From NCBI GenBank assembly GCA_051362555.1, contig CM120649.1, forward strand, positions 15,514,567 to 15,578,566: a stretch of DNA of 64,000 nucleotides, read 5' to 3'. Shown in pieces: positions 27,079-40,273 of this stretch (positions are counted from its first letter, which is position 1; every line of letters begins with the position of its first letter). The translations under genes were made by a program, and so were the position numbers. Source of the stretch: Lingula anatina. Taxonomy: Eukaryota > Animalia > Brachiopoda. A model generated the notes under the pieces. The model did no database searches, was not told the DNA's origin, and worked only from the letters and a program-made list of their open reading frames with translations.

Positions 27079-28057
27079 TTGGCTGTTGTTTTGAGAATAA
27101 CTAGCTGTGAAATATAACACTTAAATGACCTACACAGTTCAGTAATTCAGCAAGGGAATACCTGTGTTTGCAAAAATAAATTCAGTTCCAACTATACTTG
27201 TCTGGTGACAAACACACAGAAGTTGTGATTAATGGGCCCAAGTGAAGCTTTACACATGGAACGATCTTGATAGAGGCATGAGTGAACTGTAAACATCAGG
27301 GCGATTTAAATCAGTCTATTTTAATTTTATTTAAAAAAATGTTATTTATGTTATAATTATAAATTTGTAAATACTTTTTATTCTCCTTAAATTGGGATGT
27401 AGGCCTAGGTTAACTCAAGGCAGTGCTCGGGGGTACATGTAGGACGTCAATCAAAGCGCTGCTTTAAGAAATTAGTAATGCTCTATAAAGTAAGGGTCAT
27501 GTCTACGTCCACTTCTTTTGTTTTAATTTAAATGACGCTATTTGGATTCCAAGAGAAATATAACTTTGCTCTTTTTTAAATAAAATCTCTATGGCGCCGT
27601 CTGTAAAAAAACATTGTTAAAGGATTAGTATCCAAAGGACGTTTTAGAACGGTCAAATGGCTTAACAAAGAAAGGGAATGAGGGGTTTATGCTTTGTTTT
27701 TGAAGCAGATTGCGTGTTGCACAGGGGAGGTTAATGGGATTCTGCCGTCTTTTGAAGCGTTTAAAATGTCTTGTTTTTTTAAATATACATGCAAGCGGGT
27801 CAGCATTGATATCTTGAAGGCACGGTATTATTTTACCTTGTTTTGAAATAAGTGAATTATTAGTCGTTATTTAACTATTTGACGTGATGAGAGAATGGAG
27901 AGAGAAGAGAACACTTTTATCGATCTCGGCTAAGAAAATTGTAATATCTCATGTTAAGGTATATATTATAATTTTATTTGGTATATGGAATCTTGACAAC
28001 AACGCAGTGTGGTACCGGGCCCGATACACTTGTATACAATTAAATAAAAACAGTTGC

Positions 28058-28128
28058 CTCCCCGACGGGGAATTGAACCCCGGTCTCCCGCGTGACAGGG
28101 GGGATACTCACCACTATACTATCGAGAA
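28058..28128 (-). pseudogene. trnD: tRNA-Asp(GTC) copy 5, probably defective
   Basis: 71 nt. It has a 1-nt deletion in the 5' anticodon stem (CCCGC loses its G) and a C2>T change in the acceptor stem. Confidence 0.75.
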
Positions 28129-31099
28129 TCGGCTGTCGTGTATCATTCTGCGACCAACTTTGAACTGTCATTGTGTTAGAAAAAACACTTTCCAAGTTCG
28201 ATAACGCTTGAAGTTGCAACTGTAACACTTCTTCACTTTACTTACACATTTCGGATGCGATACTTATAAAAAAAGATTTAATTGTATTAAAATGACCTCT
28301 CTCCCTTTCTCGAAATATGTTCTTCTATATCCATACTCTTTGAATGGGGATATTAGTCAAGATATCACCACTTAAGCTTACTATGTCTCAAGACTATGGT
28401 ATGGGATAGGGCATCAGTGAAATTGCTGCTTGAATCAAATGAGTTCCTTAGGTAAAAGAGAGGGCAATGTTTATGTCAATTTTTTGTTTTCATTTAAATG
28501 TCTTATTTATAAGAAGATTATAGCTTTACCTTGTTTACACAATCACCGTCACAAAGCCGTTTCTTCAGAAGACATATCTCGTTCTAAGCTTCTGCGGTGA
28601 ACCATTAATGTCCAAAAGAGATTTTTATAGCGACCAAATGCCTAAACAAAGGCAAGATTTATATAGGGTTTTTATGTATACAGGGATTGTACATGGGATT
28701 TTGTTGCCTCTTAAGACGTTTGAAATATACCCCTTTTTTCTATGCTGGTAGGTCTATTATACTGGTCCTAATATCCTGACGGCATCGTTTTCAAATTATG
28801 CTTTTTACTCCTGTGTAGAAATGGCTATTTGACGTGATGTAAGACCGAAAGCAGAACAAAACAGTGATATTTCGATTTAGGAAAGAAAATGAAAAAATGA
28901 TGAGTTACTATGCGTATTTTACTTCGTAGAATACGAGGGGAAAAAAACTTAAAGAATGCTGTGAAATTTCGTGAATGTTTTTTCAAAAAATCTCCAATAA
29001 ATATCCAAGCCATATCTCCGACAAATTGTTTAGTAGACGGATGTCTTCCTAGTAGGCAGGACACAGGAATATCCAGAAAAAAACGGAGAATTCTTTAGTT
29101 TCAAACTTTGTGGAAACAATTCAGAAGGTCATGCTGAAAATAAGACAAGTCTTCACGAGAATGTGTAAATAACCACTCTGTATTAGAGGTCAGCTGAGTG
29201 ACGACGTTAATTTCATACACACTTTCTCACAGTAGAGGTAAATGTAAATAATGAGCGATATCAATATCTACGGATATCTAGTGACAAATTAATCTGTGGC
29301 CCAGGTAGAGGGCAGTTACTGTCTAAACTAATACATACATGTATCTCAAAGCATCCAGTGGCGATTCTTGTCTAAAATCATGCAAGAGAATGCACAAGGC
29401 GTGTAGGACGTCCAGAGAGGAAGATGGATGTGTTTATTTATAGTAAAAAGAAATAGTGGTCTGCAAAGGAGACCAAACCAGCCGTTAACCACAAGCTTCA
29501 GACCGTAAAAAGAAAATGGTCGAGCCCAGTGCGTATATCAAGATGTCCTATCGCCTACTTGACCATGTCTGTCTTAGAGGTGAACTGGTGCGTTAAGCAT
29601 CCCCAAAATAGAGGATTTAATCAGAGAATGACTTGTGAGTTACGTCAAAGTGGGCGCGGTTTGTTACAGGGACGTGCTTATTCTTTTCCTTTTGCACGCA
29701 CTGCATCATTTACCCGCGTAGTAGGCCTACTTTTATTCTATTCCGTTCTTTTTTTTATACAGTAGCTTCATAAATGAGGAATTCACATTAGACAGCATCA
29801 AAGATAATTCTGTCACAACAATAAATAAATAAATAAATATAAAAGAATTTATTTCATTATATTTTCCTTGTCACAATTCTTTTTGCTTTTTCAAAATAAC
29901 TGCATGTTTGGCTATAAACACAAAACCAAAATTTTCTTTCAGAATCAATGAAAAGATATATCTGCTTTTGAATAAATTTCAATATTTTGATTTTCACGTG
30001 TGTTGGTACAGTTGTACTCTCTGACCACAAGATGCACATGCGCTATAATAATTTGTTTCAAAAATGTTGAAAGTAAAGCACATGGTGTGATTTTTATAGT
30101 ATTTTGATAGGCCCGTGATAACACAGGGTAGTGTGTCGCATAACATTTTCGGCTATATAATGAAACACTATTACTTTTCTGGCGTTTCTGAAAAACGAGA
30201 GAGACTCCTTAAAAGGTGTGTTACGTGATGCATTTCTGCGTGAAGGGGTGTGTGGCTGGCACTACAACACGCGGTAATGTTCACATTATATCAGATAACA
30301 AAGTACACATGAGGGACGAACTTGTACGTTTTACACCGAGTAAGGCGCCGTCATTATTCTTATTTGTGAAATGGAGGCCCCAGTGATCGATTGTAAGGCC
30401 GAATACATACAATACACGTAATTATGGAGGAAGGAGGTACATGTACATGTATATACCAGTTTACTAATATACACAATCATACAGGAATTTCCTTTTAATA
30501 CCAATACACGCAACATCACATTTTGAGATTGGTGTGATTTTGACTCTGCTATTCAAAGTTATTGCTGTTGAAAGTATTTACTGGAAGGCGACGCAAGTTT
30601 TCATGTATATATTTATTTTTTCCAGGAAGTGGTAATATATCAGTTCATATACGTTATTGCGTAGAGGAACATATGTAAAATTAGTAACGAAGTTGGTTTA
30701 TTTTCAACTCTGCTAATGTCATAAGTAATATTTAAAAATTAAATGCAAAAATAGCATGAAATATCTCATAACAAACGCTGTCCACGCCATAGGGGCCTCT
30801 GATAAATTACCTCACAATTTTTACTGATGGGCTGGAAGTGATCTAGGACCCACCAAACAAGTTTAGTGGGTCTTGGCAGTGATTAACCGTTACAGAACTT
30901 AAGCCTGGCATACAGCAATTATTTTCATTTATCCAGCAGCTAACATTAAAAATTGTTGTTAATCTCTAATATTTATGTCTATCGAGGGCATCCTCATTAG
31001 AGTAACATGATCTCCATGTAAACAGCCTCCTACCAAGACTAGCTATTATTACCCACCCACCCCCCCTCTCCTTCGGCATTCTGACTTAAAACATTGCAA

Positions 31100-31356
31100 G
31101 GATCCTTTCCCGTAGACAACATCGGTCTACGTTGTTCGATCCAACTCTGCGGGACTCCCGCTGAGTGCAATCAGCTTAACGAGGTGACACGCCTTCACTT
31201 TTTTTCCAACGCATTCGTATAATCACCAGCTTTTCCTTAATTCTACTCAACGCAAGTAGAAGCCGTGTCATTCAGTCAAAGTGATTGCGCTCAGCAAGAG
31301 TCCCCGCAAAGTTGGATCTATCTACGTAGACCGATCGCGTTTATGGGAATGGGGTC
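31100..31356. mobile_element. MITE family B copy
   Basis: Long imperfect inverted repeat (GATCCAACTCTGCGGGACTC...GAGTCCCCGCAAAGTTGGATC), ending GGGAATGGGGTC|TAA. Confidence 0.65.
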
Positions 31357-34300
31357 TAAGACATCGCGATATTTAGGCATTCTTCTCTGTCTGTGCATCG
31401 TAAAAGAACACCTGTACTGCTTTCTGAAACACTGTACATGTCTAGTTCCGCACATTTTCCCCGAGAGCGCACAATTGAATTAAAGCGTGGAATGTGAGGG
31501 CATCTTCAATTATACATTCCTTCTTCGTTATTAAAATATCATTTTCGCGGCACAGGTGTGTCCCCCGAGGCTTGGAGACGGCTTAATGGCGGGGACGCCA
31601 AGGATAATTATATACAAAGAAACCTGATATTTGCATGCGTCTGAGAAGCAGTGATGTTTAATTCTGTCTCTTAACGAGGCCACCTAAGACAAAATTGAAT
31701 GCCATATGGTGAAATGAAATGTTTCCACCTACTGTTCCTTTCATCTGTTGAGCATGATGAATGTTCAAGTCAGAAATACGGAACCGGTCTGTCATTTATT
31801 GCTCACACTTTTCCCTGATAAACCCTAATCAATTTGCTCATCCGCTGCATAGATATACATGTGCATACAATTTTAATCGTCTCTGTTGACATGGATCGTG
31901 ATTTCGTTTACTCATATAGTTGACTGAAATGATAAACAAATGACATAACGTACATTATCACACAGTAGTAAAATGGTGACGTGTGTCATTAAATTCTACC
32001 TATACGCAGTTTCACTCACTCACCAGTGACCCTAAGCGGTTTGACAAAATTATATCTTTTTATATTATATTTGGTTGCTCTCGTTTTAATTTTATAGCAA
32101 GATTATTTAAGAAAATTGACATTTTGAACTTTCGAACTTCTGACCTAATTACAGCTACATGTTTAGGTCTACACCTGATGTTCTTGAATGGGTTGAATGA
32201 TAATTACATAGAAAAATTAATGAGAGACTCAAAGGTGTTTGATAATTAGATAAGATGGCATACAGGCAGTGTTGTCCTTTTGGCTAGTGATAAAAATGAC
32301 CTAATCAGAGTGAGAGATCTAGAGTGTGTTGCAAATTAAAGTAGTCGACTAAAACCGTGAAAAGTCTATGTTAATAACACCACTACATAGGAGAAGGGGT
32401 CCAGCAGGTGCCACACAGCTATCTGTCATACGACAGACAATAGCGACAGGGCAGGTAGCCATTTCAAAGGGGGAGGGGTCTTATTTTGACGCTGAAAAGG
32501 GGGAAATTTTTAACCATCTGAGTTGGCCCAACTTGAGAGGTGGCTCAAATATGGATTCAGAGAGGACATTTTCAAGCATTTGTTCGGGCGGTTCTTTAAA
32601 ACACAACGAGCCCTCCCCTCCCCCCCCAGGTCACACCCACCCATGGGCCTAGATTTTATTTCGGAAGGTATAAGGCAAATAACAAAAAATGGCGATCAAA
32701 GCGATCTCGGGGGAAATATTAGACAGTGGAGGATTCTTTGACCATCATATCAAAAACACGGATGGAAAGTGTTAATTTTGCCCCATTTCTTTTCTTTCTT
32801 TCTTTCTTTTTTTTTTTTTTTACTTTTTTGTTCAGGGGTGAGGGCGAGAAGGGAAAAAAGATGGGACCTCAGAAATAAAGGGAGGGGAACGTGTCCGCCG
32901 AGCCCTTTCCCGTTTCCTATATAATTGTACTAGTAAATTAATATACTGTGAGATAGTGACTTGATAAAGCCGCGGAAGTAAGATTGTATCTCAAAACAGT
33001 GGCCCCAAGTTATGACTACGTGATGATATTTTGTTTGGGGTTTCGCCGACGGTCATGCATGTTATGTCCAGTTCATGTCCAGTAATGAATTCCGGCCAAA
33101 GTGTTAAGTAATTACATTCTATCTTTCAGGCACAGATTAAAAATTTATCGTGTATGCTACAGTGCACTGTACATTTATAGTGTACATGAATCTACCAGAG
33201 GACAACTGAGTGATGACGTCATTTCTATAAATAAAAATCTCACAATACAAAGAAATGCACGTAAATAGTTTGATAAATATATTTATGTGAATACCTAGTG
33301 AAATCAATCAGTCATGTACACGTACTTGTACGTCAACGGTACCATCGAAGACACCTGATGCTCTTGCGGGTGACAAGAAAGAAATGATGAAACTCTTGGT
33401 CACAGGAAAACGCATGCATTTATCACATAACCTTTTAATATTCCTAATATTTATCATCACATTCTTGATATCATACACACTGTTCAAGTTGTACAAATAT
33501 TTAGATAGCGATTGGTGAAGATGAAAAATAGCAAAGAAAAAAATCGAAGGCTGTACAGTGTTAAATAATATACTTGGGAATTATATATTGCACTGTGGAA
33601 ATGTAGCTTTAGCGAGAGTATAATGATCGTCAATTTACTCGTGTATTGTTGCGTGTTGGCTCTAATGGACGATTTTATTTCATTTGTGGTTAAGAAAAAT
33701 AGGAGACACAACCACAGTAAATGCACCTCTTCAACTGGCCGTTGTCAAGTGATACATCGATGACTGCATGCACCAACACCTACAGTATGATCTCGTGGTT
33801 CCGCGTTCGTTCGTCCCCTCTACCAAGGCTTTAGATGATGATTCTCTCTATAAATTCTTGCCTCTGCATGTACCAAGGCCACAGATTGATACTTTAAGTA
33901 GAAATCCTCAGTTAAATGTATGTCTCCGGCTAATTCCATACACTTTACTATACTATACAGAGAGAATTTAAATGTATGGGTTTATTAGTACCAAGCTAGT
34001 CTCTAGAGTAGAATACAGTACCGCGTTTGGGGATTCATTACGTTTTCGCCTGTTAGCTATATAATAAGAAAAACAAATCTGTAAGCTATTTATCAGTGTC
34101 ATCTATGGGCAGAAAACATAAAATTTATGCCGCCCATTAAGTCGTGCACGTTCTGAAATCTTTATGTTGCTGCTGCGTGTACTTAAAAAGTGATGAATGA
34201 TAATATGCGGCGTGAATAATAACGGAAGAGGGCAGATAGAGTCAGCACTACCCTCGTTGCCCTAGCGGTGGGCTGAAATACATAGATATATCAAAGGAAG

Positions 34301-36421
34301 ATAAATACTGTATGATAAAATCATCTTTCTTAAGACCTGAAATACATACGCTGTACAGTGTACAGTGTACTACATGATATATGTAGCTGTCAAAACCACC
34401 GATCAGCTTAAACAGACTCCTAAACAGACAGACTATTGATCGTCTGCGTGAAGCATCATGTGTAACATACTGTTTGATGAATTAACCCGCCTGGCGTCAC
34501 ACACAGCTATCTGTTACCCTCTACCAGGGTGGCAGATTATATAGAGATCAACGAAAAAAATTCACATAGCCAAATGACTGTGTATTTATCTAGAAATAGA
34601 CGTATTTTCATCGCTGATGGCCTAGGTACCAGTGCGTACTGAGAAATTTTTGAGCAGAACAACCACAAACACAACTACCCCCGGTACATGCAGGTATACT
34701 TTAAAGTCAGGCGATGCTACTGCCATGTCTCAATAAAGACAGAGAAGAATACCCTCATCCTTCTAATCTTTCTGGTAGTTACTTTTTGCCTTGGGGTGGG
34801 GGTGTGTGGCCTCCTCAATACCGCTTACCGGACACACCCTCTGAGCTGCAGAACACCAGTTTTTATGTGTTTTCTAGGCGGGACCTAGATGACAGGATGC
34901 AATTAAATTATTTTGCCGACGAGTCATTAACAACAGTAAAACTATATTTATCCTACACGTACAGCAACACCGCTCTCTGACCTCAGGGGATGGGGGGGGG
35001 GGGTGATAGTCTGTTACAAGAATGGTGAATGGCGCCCCTGTTTTATTACACCAGGCTGTTTAAGTGGACCAATTCCCACAGCGGCTCACAATTTAATTTT
35101 GGATACTGTTTCAAGAGCTCCTGATATCAGGGGCACATTCAACAGCAGCCTTTTAACTTAACCGTGGGCCTAGAATTTACTCACTTGTTTCGTTTTTGCG
35201 TCCGCCTTTTTTTTTTGCTCCCCGAGTTTCTTATCTTAGATTCTCTTATTATCAGTTGCAATATTGATGGTGTATTTTTAGAACTTAAATATCTTATATA
35301 AATCTATGGAAAGAGAAGCGACAGTAATGCCTACTATACCAGTAGCACATGTGCACACACTGTTGGTGTTTACTGTAAACAAAACTCAAAACATCTGATT
35401 GTTTACAATTTGCTCTCTGCCAATACATATACGATGTAATATATAAAAAGTCAACACCCTAGGAAAAAACTAAAAGGGCAAGAAAAAATGCGTCATGCCT
35501 GACAGATGCTATAATATCTGGCAATAAGCACCATTTATGAGAAACAACTCGGCACAGTGCCATAGTCCTTTCTCGCAATTCAACCGATGATATCGATGTG
35601 CCATAAATACTGGGACAAATACAGTGTACAGATCATAAACTGTCATACAAAAACTAGTGCGCCAAGTCAAAACAACCACCACTTATTTGATAACCAAGTC
35701 TGCCAGAGTGCACTGAAAACTGTGCACAAACTGCCATGGCTGTAAGATAACTATCACTGATGATGGAATCAAACCTGCCAGAGGTAATGTAATCAACTGA
35801 AGGTGTGAGAGAGGTCGTCCAAATGGTCCTGATAATGATAATGACAACGACAGTAATTACAGGACAAGGTGACAGAAACACAGCGCGGCCCCAGTTCAAG
35901 GTAACCTCTTTAACACACGTTCATAGTTAATTATAACGAACGCCGATATAATTAACGATATATTTCATGATCTAAGCAACCCGTGTGTCGTGCGTTCTTA
36001 ATATAACTAAGGACACGTAAAAGTAACCAAGAGCGCTGTTATCGCAGAGAATCCGTGCCATATATATTTCCCATCATTTATTTCCTCGCGTGTGCAAAAC
36101 TTGCTGTAGATAAGCCAGTATATTTATAGATATGTGTAATATAATTTTTCGTGCTGATAGGCGAGATTGTTGTTGCTCTACGTAATGCCACAGGAATCGA
36201 GAAAATAAGATTTTAGCATTTTCTTTCTCCTATATAACTTCTGTGAGTGTAGGAATTGTAATCGATGGTGACTCTGTCTAGAAGTAGTGTAAAAGAGAGA
36301 CTGGAGTAGTGGTAATTAGTTAAAATATGTTTTTTTTTTTCTGATAAATGTTAATAAATAGCCTGGTTTAAAAAAAGCCACACTGTGTAACCCAAAAATG
36401 GTGGTTAACTACCCTGTTGCA

Positions 36422-36422
<1 letters not shown>

Positions 36423-36461
<39 letters not shown>
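36423..36461. repeat. (TA)n microsatellite
   Basis: Direct reading. Confidence 0.95.
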
Positions 36462-36463
<2 letters not shown>

Positions 36464-37431
36464 AACCAAACATTGGGTCTGCTTTAGTTCGTGATTAATC
36501 CATCCTCAGCCACTTACATAAAGTACGTGGATCCGTCTGCAACATATATTACTCATATATTTATGTTCTGGTTGTTTTAAAACAGGCGCAGTATTTCATT
36601 TAGAGTCGCTACCAAGTTAGCGTGGGCCAAAGTTCGCTGAAATGTGGGTTTAAACAGTGTTTACGCTTAGGACTGTTTAATGTACAGGAATAAGTAAAGC
36701 AGTTGCTATGTGGTGTTTACGAAAAACATAACAGTCGACGAAATACACCGTTTTTTGCTTAGCCATAATGGCAAGATTTGTGACGTAATTAGTAAAAACA
36801 CAGGCGGAAAGCTGATTTCCAGCTCATGACTTTACCAGCTCATGATTTTGCCATTTAATGAGGTCAGATTTTCCAACAGGTGTGCAAGAGGCTACCGCGT
36901 CGCCTCCTGGGCAATTAACTCTCTGTCTCATCTGCAGGTGAAAGGCGGTACCTTAGTGACGACACTGAAGGGTGATAGGTCGTTTGGTGACAGGCACTCG
37001 ACAAACACCACGTCACGACTCGCTTTGCCACTGGGTTATCAGATCGCTATCACTGCCCACGGTGAAAGTAATAGCTACAGGGGATTCGAGGATATAAACA
37101 GCCGCTGCGCCGAAGGCAAAGCAGCATTTTTATATTTAAAAGTCGCCGTGACGGAGTGGACTATACCGGTTTTAGAATAGCCGAGTTGGAAAACAGGTGG
37201 TGTGACTGTCCAGACTTTCGGTAAGAATACAGCTCGGTAAGAATACAAGTACTTCCACGATACTGTGCGTTTTATACTACAGTATTGAGAGATACATATA
37301 ACACTAACCGCGTGGCGTGCTTGACGTGGAAGTTATAAATACGAGTGCCTTAGGCAGGAACAGTGAGTTTTTAGCTTCACAGACAATTCTGATTTTTCTG
37401 TTAACCACAGTGGGAAACAATCACGGCGGAT

Positions 37432-38778
37432 ATGAAGGCTTTCCTCTTTCTCGTCGCCACGCCGATTCTCCTCTTCCTTCACGGCACGGAGGGACAGACG
37501 GTCGTCCCCGATGATGTTCTCACACTTTCCACGGCAAACTTCGACTTTGCCTTGCAGCTCTACAACAAGCTGAAGGCAGGCGGTGATGGGAAGAATATAT
37601 TTTTCTCACCGGTAAGCATCTCAACGGCGTTCGCTATGCTTCACCTTGGCGCGAAGGGCAACAGTCGGAGTCAACTCGAACAGGTGCTGAAACTGGACGC
37701 ACTCAGCGGAAATAACGTTCACAAGGCATTCAAAGACCTCCACGCCCTTCTTAATTCACCGGCAACCAACGTGACCCTTCGCTCAGCCAACAGGCTCTAC
37801 GCCAGCAACAAATACGAATCGTTCAAAGACCAGTTCTTCACGGACGCCAATGAATTCTTCGGCGCCTCAGTCGAGCGAAAAGACTTTGTGGGCAAAGCAG
37901 AAGCCTCGCGCCAAGAAATTAACGGCTGGGTGGAGAAACAAACCGAGGAGAAAATTAAGGACTTGATACCAGCTGGCGGCATTACACCGGCCACCATCAT
38001 GGTGTTGGTGAACGCCATTTATTTCAAGGGATTATGGCAGGATCCCTTCAACGCCAGCTACACCACCGAAATGCCTTTCCGCACCGGCGCCGGGAGGTCG
38101 ACCAACATAAAAATGATGATGATTCCCGGCAAAACCTTCCCGTATGCCGAGTCCGCGGCACTCAAGTCAAAAGCCATTGAAATTCCATACAAGGGCACTG
38201 TTAGCATGGTAGTCGTTGTCCCCGATGACGTTGACGGACTAGCTGCCCTGGAGGCGAAGATGGATGTCACCGCAGCAAATGTGCTTCTCGACAGCTTGGG
38301 CAGGACTGATGTGAATAAGTTTTATTTTCCACAGTTCGAGCTGAAAGAGTCCCAGTACCAACTAAAATCATTTTTGACATCCATGGGGATGACCGACATC
38401 TTCGGACCAAATGCCGATCTTTCTGGGATCGGCGGCAATCCCGGGGAGTTACAAGTCGACGAAGCTATTCACAAGGCCTTTATTAAGGTTGACGAGCAAG
38501 GAACCGAAGCGGCCGCGGCTACAGCAATAACCGTCCGTCTCACCGCCCTAACTCCACAAATCGACGAGTTCAAGGTTGATAGGCCATTTTTATTCTTTAT
38601 TCGGGAGAAGATGAGCGGATCCATCTTGTTTATGGGTCGTGTTGCCAACCCCCCGCCCGTCGGGCAGCCCAGATCGAACGCCATCCGGGATGGAACGGAA
38701 ACAGACGACAAGAGTTCCGCAGCAATTTTGGTGCCGTCATGGACTCTCCTATTGGTCATTATGTGGCGAATGTTGTAA
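37432..38778 (+). CDS. Serpin with signal peptide and C-terminal GPI-anchor-like signal (448 aa, intronless CDS)
   Basis: Motifs NIFFSPVSI, INGWVEKQT, LVNAIYFKGLW, hinge EQGTEAAAAT and FKVDRPFLFFI. Hydrophobic N- and C-termini. 5'UTR intron (donors at 37221 and 37237, acceptor 37410), AATAAA at 39128. Confidence 0.96.
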   Translation: MKAFLFLVATPILLFLHGTEGQTVVPDDVLTLSTANFDFALQLYNKLKAGGDGKNIFFSPVSISTAFAMLHLGAKGNSRSQLEQVLKLDALSGNNVHKAFKDLHALLNSPATNVTLRSANRLYASNKYESFKDQFFTDANEFFGASVERKDFVGKAEASRQEINGWVEKQTEEKIKDLIPAGGITPATIMVLVNAIYFKGLWQDPFNASYTTEMPFRTGAGRSTNIKMMMIPGKTFPYAESAALKSKAIEIPYKGTVSMVVVVPDDVDGLAALEAKMDVTAANVLLDSLGRTDVNKFYFPQFELKESQYQLKSFLTSMGMTDIFGPNADLSGIGGNPGELQVDEAIHKAFIKVDEQGTEAAAATAITVRLTALTPQIDEFKVDRPFLFFIREKMSGSILFMGRVANPPPVGQPRSNAIRDGTETDDKSSAAILVPSWTLLLVIMWRML

Positions 38779-40242
38779 AACGTGAACTTGAAATAGAACT
38801 CTGATGTGTTTGACTGTGCATATAAATAAGAAGCTGTAAAAATGTCGTTTGAGCTGAACACCAAAGACTGGCGATTAACGGACGTTGCTGTGTGATGAAG
38901 CTGAAACGCAAAGATCTGCACAGTTTTTTCCCTCATGTTTCTTCAGGGTTTGGTAAAATATTGTGGTTTTATCACTTGTGCGGGTGTACATTGTGTACCC
39001 ACATGCACCGTCTTTTTACGAAATCTCATCAAATATTAATGGACTTTTTATCGCTGTAAAAGCTATGCTCCCTAATACCTTTTAAGCTTTAACGTTTTCG
39101 AAATCCTTTTATTTTGTGTACAGAAGTAATAAAGATTATCTTTTTATATAGCAACTTAAGATTTCTTTTTATCTTATTTAATGATGGGAGACATGGTTAA
39201 GGCAACAGCTTGTTTTAGTATAAGAAAATATATAGCTCTACGCAATGACTCTGTTTATCCCTCAACAGTTACATTGGAATGCCAAGTAGCAAAATTGACC
39301 CCGCATCTTCTAAGTTTTTGTTCCAACGTTAACGCGTTTAATGGCGTTCCCACGTAAAGTTGTTTTGTTTATCATTTTGTTACGTCTTCATTAATAGTTA
39401 CATATTTTGATGCCCTTGGAAAAGTAATTCCTGCGGAGATTCCAGAACCTGTGTGCTATGAATGCATTAACAATTCTGTCTTAAAAGCGGGCCCAGCTAA
39501 GATTGTGCTAAGTGAGTGGTTGGGAGGGGGGGGGGGGTAGTGCCCCATTTTGACCGACAAATATGCTGCAGTAGAGGAGCACACTTTCAAAACTGTATAT
39601 GAGGCACAGGAACGGACGGAGTGCTCGGCTTTGTCACGTTTGTTTTTCAGACTGGAATACCTCCGAAGCTAAGGAATCAAAAGAGCATGTGCCCCCCCCC
39701 CCCCTGCTGCACTCACTGTGAACTGCAGGCGTACATACGTGCATGCCAGGTCAAGTGAGCAGGTCGCTAATCTAACATCTCGAGACTCTATGATAATATT
39801 AAGTTTTATGAATCTATTAGGAGTCAGTCAAGGCCGCTTTTACACATTGCACAAACACATCTGTATGTGATGACTAATCTGACTAACGAGGGCAATACAA
39901 AACAAGTCCGATAACGCGACCTTGCCTATCTTGTACAGTTTATCATTATGGCATCCTGAGATTAAGGGTCCATTCCCAATGGAATTACATTCTACGTAGG
40001 TCGCATCAACGCCGCAGGGACCAATGCTATAATATGACTGCTCATGTAAAATGCAGGTATTTGACTGAGGTCAAGTGACTCTTAATACTTACTTAATTGC
40101 TAGTAGATGCAACATAACATAACCTGCCTCCACTACCCTTTCTGACGAAGTGATTTTAGAAAAAAAATGTGCAAATTGTGAAATTTTGTGGAGTTCAACT
40201 TATGAAAATAATAGCCAGGAATTTGATGATGATGATGATGAT

Positions 40243-40273
<31 letters not shown>

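Noticed and set aside
24507-28128. tRNA copies as tRNA-derived SINEs, or as the dedicated target of the HEPN protein
   Set aside because: Four copies are perfect tRNAs without a common SINE body or tail. Linkage to the HEPN gene 30 kb away is not evidence of a functional relation.
33720-35900. Exon-like segments (33730-33847 minus, 34750-34845 minus, donor at 35900 plus)
   Set aside because: I could not assemble a consistent open frame or recognise any domain. An unrecognised gene or lncRNA here is not excluded.
40244-40267. Long poly-G runs (also near 15036 and 19246) as G-quadruplex elements
   Set aside because: Homopolymer runs are common in such genomes and error-prone in assemblies. 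There is no functional context.
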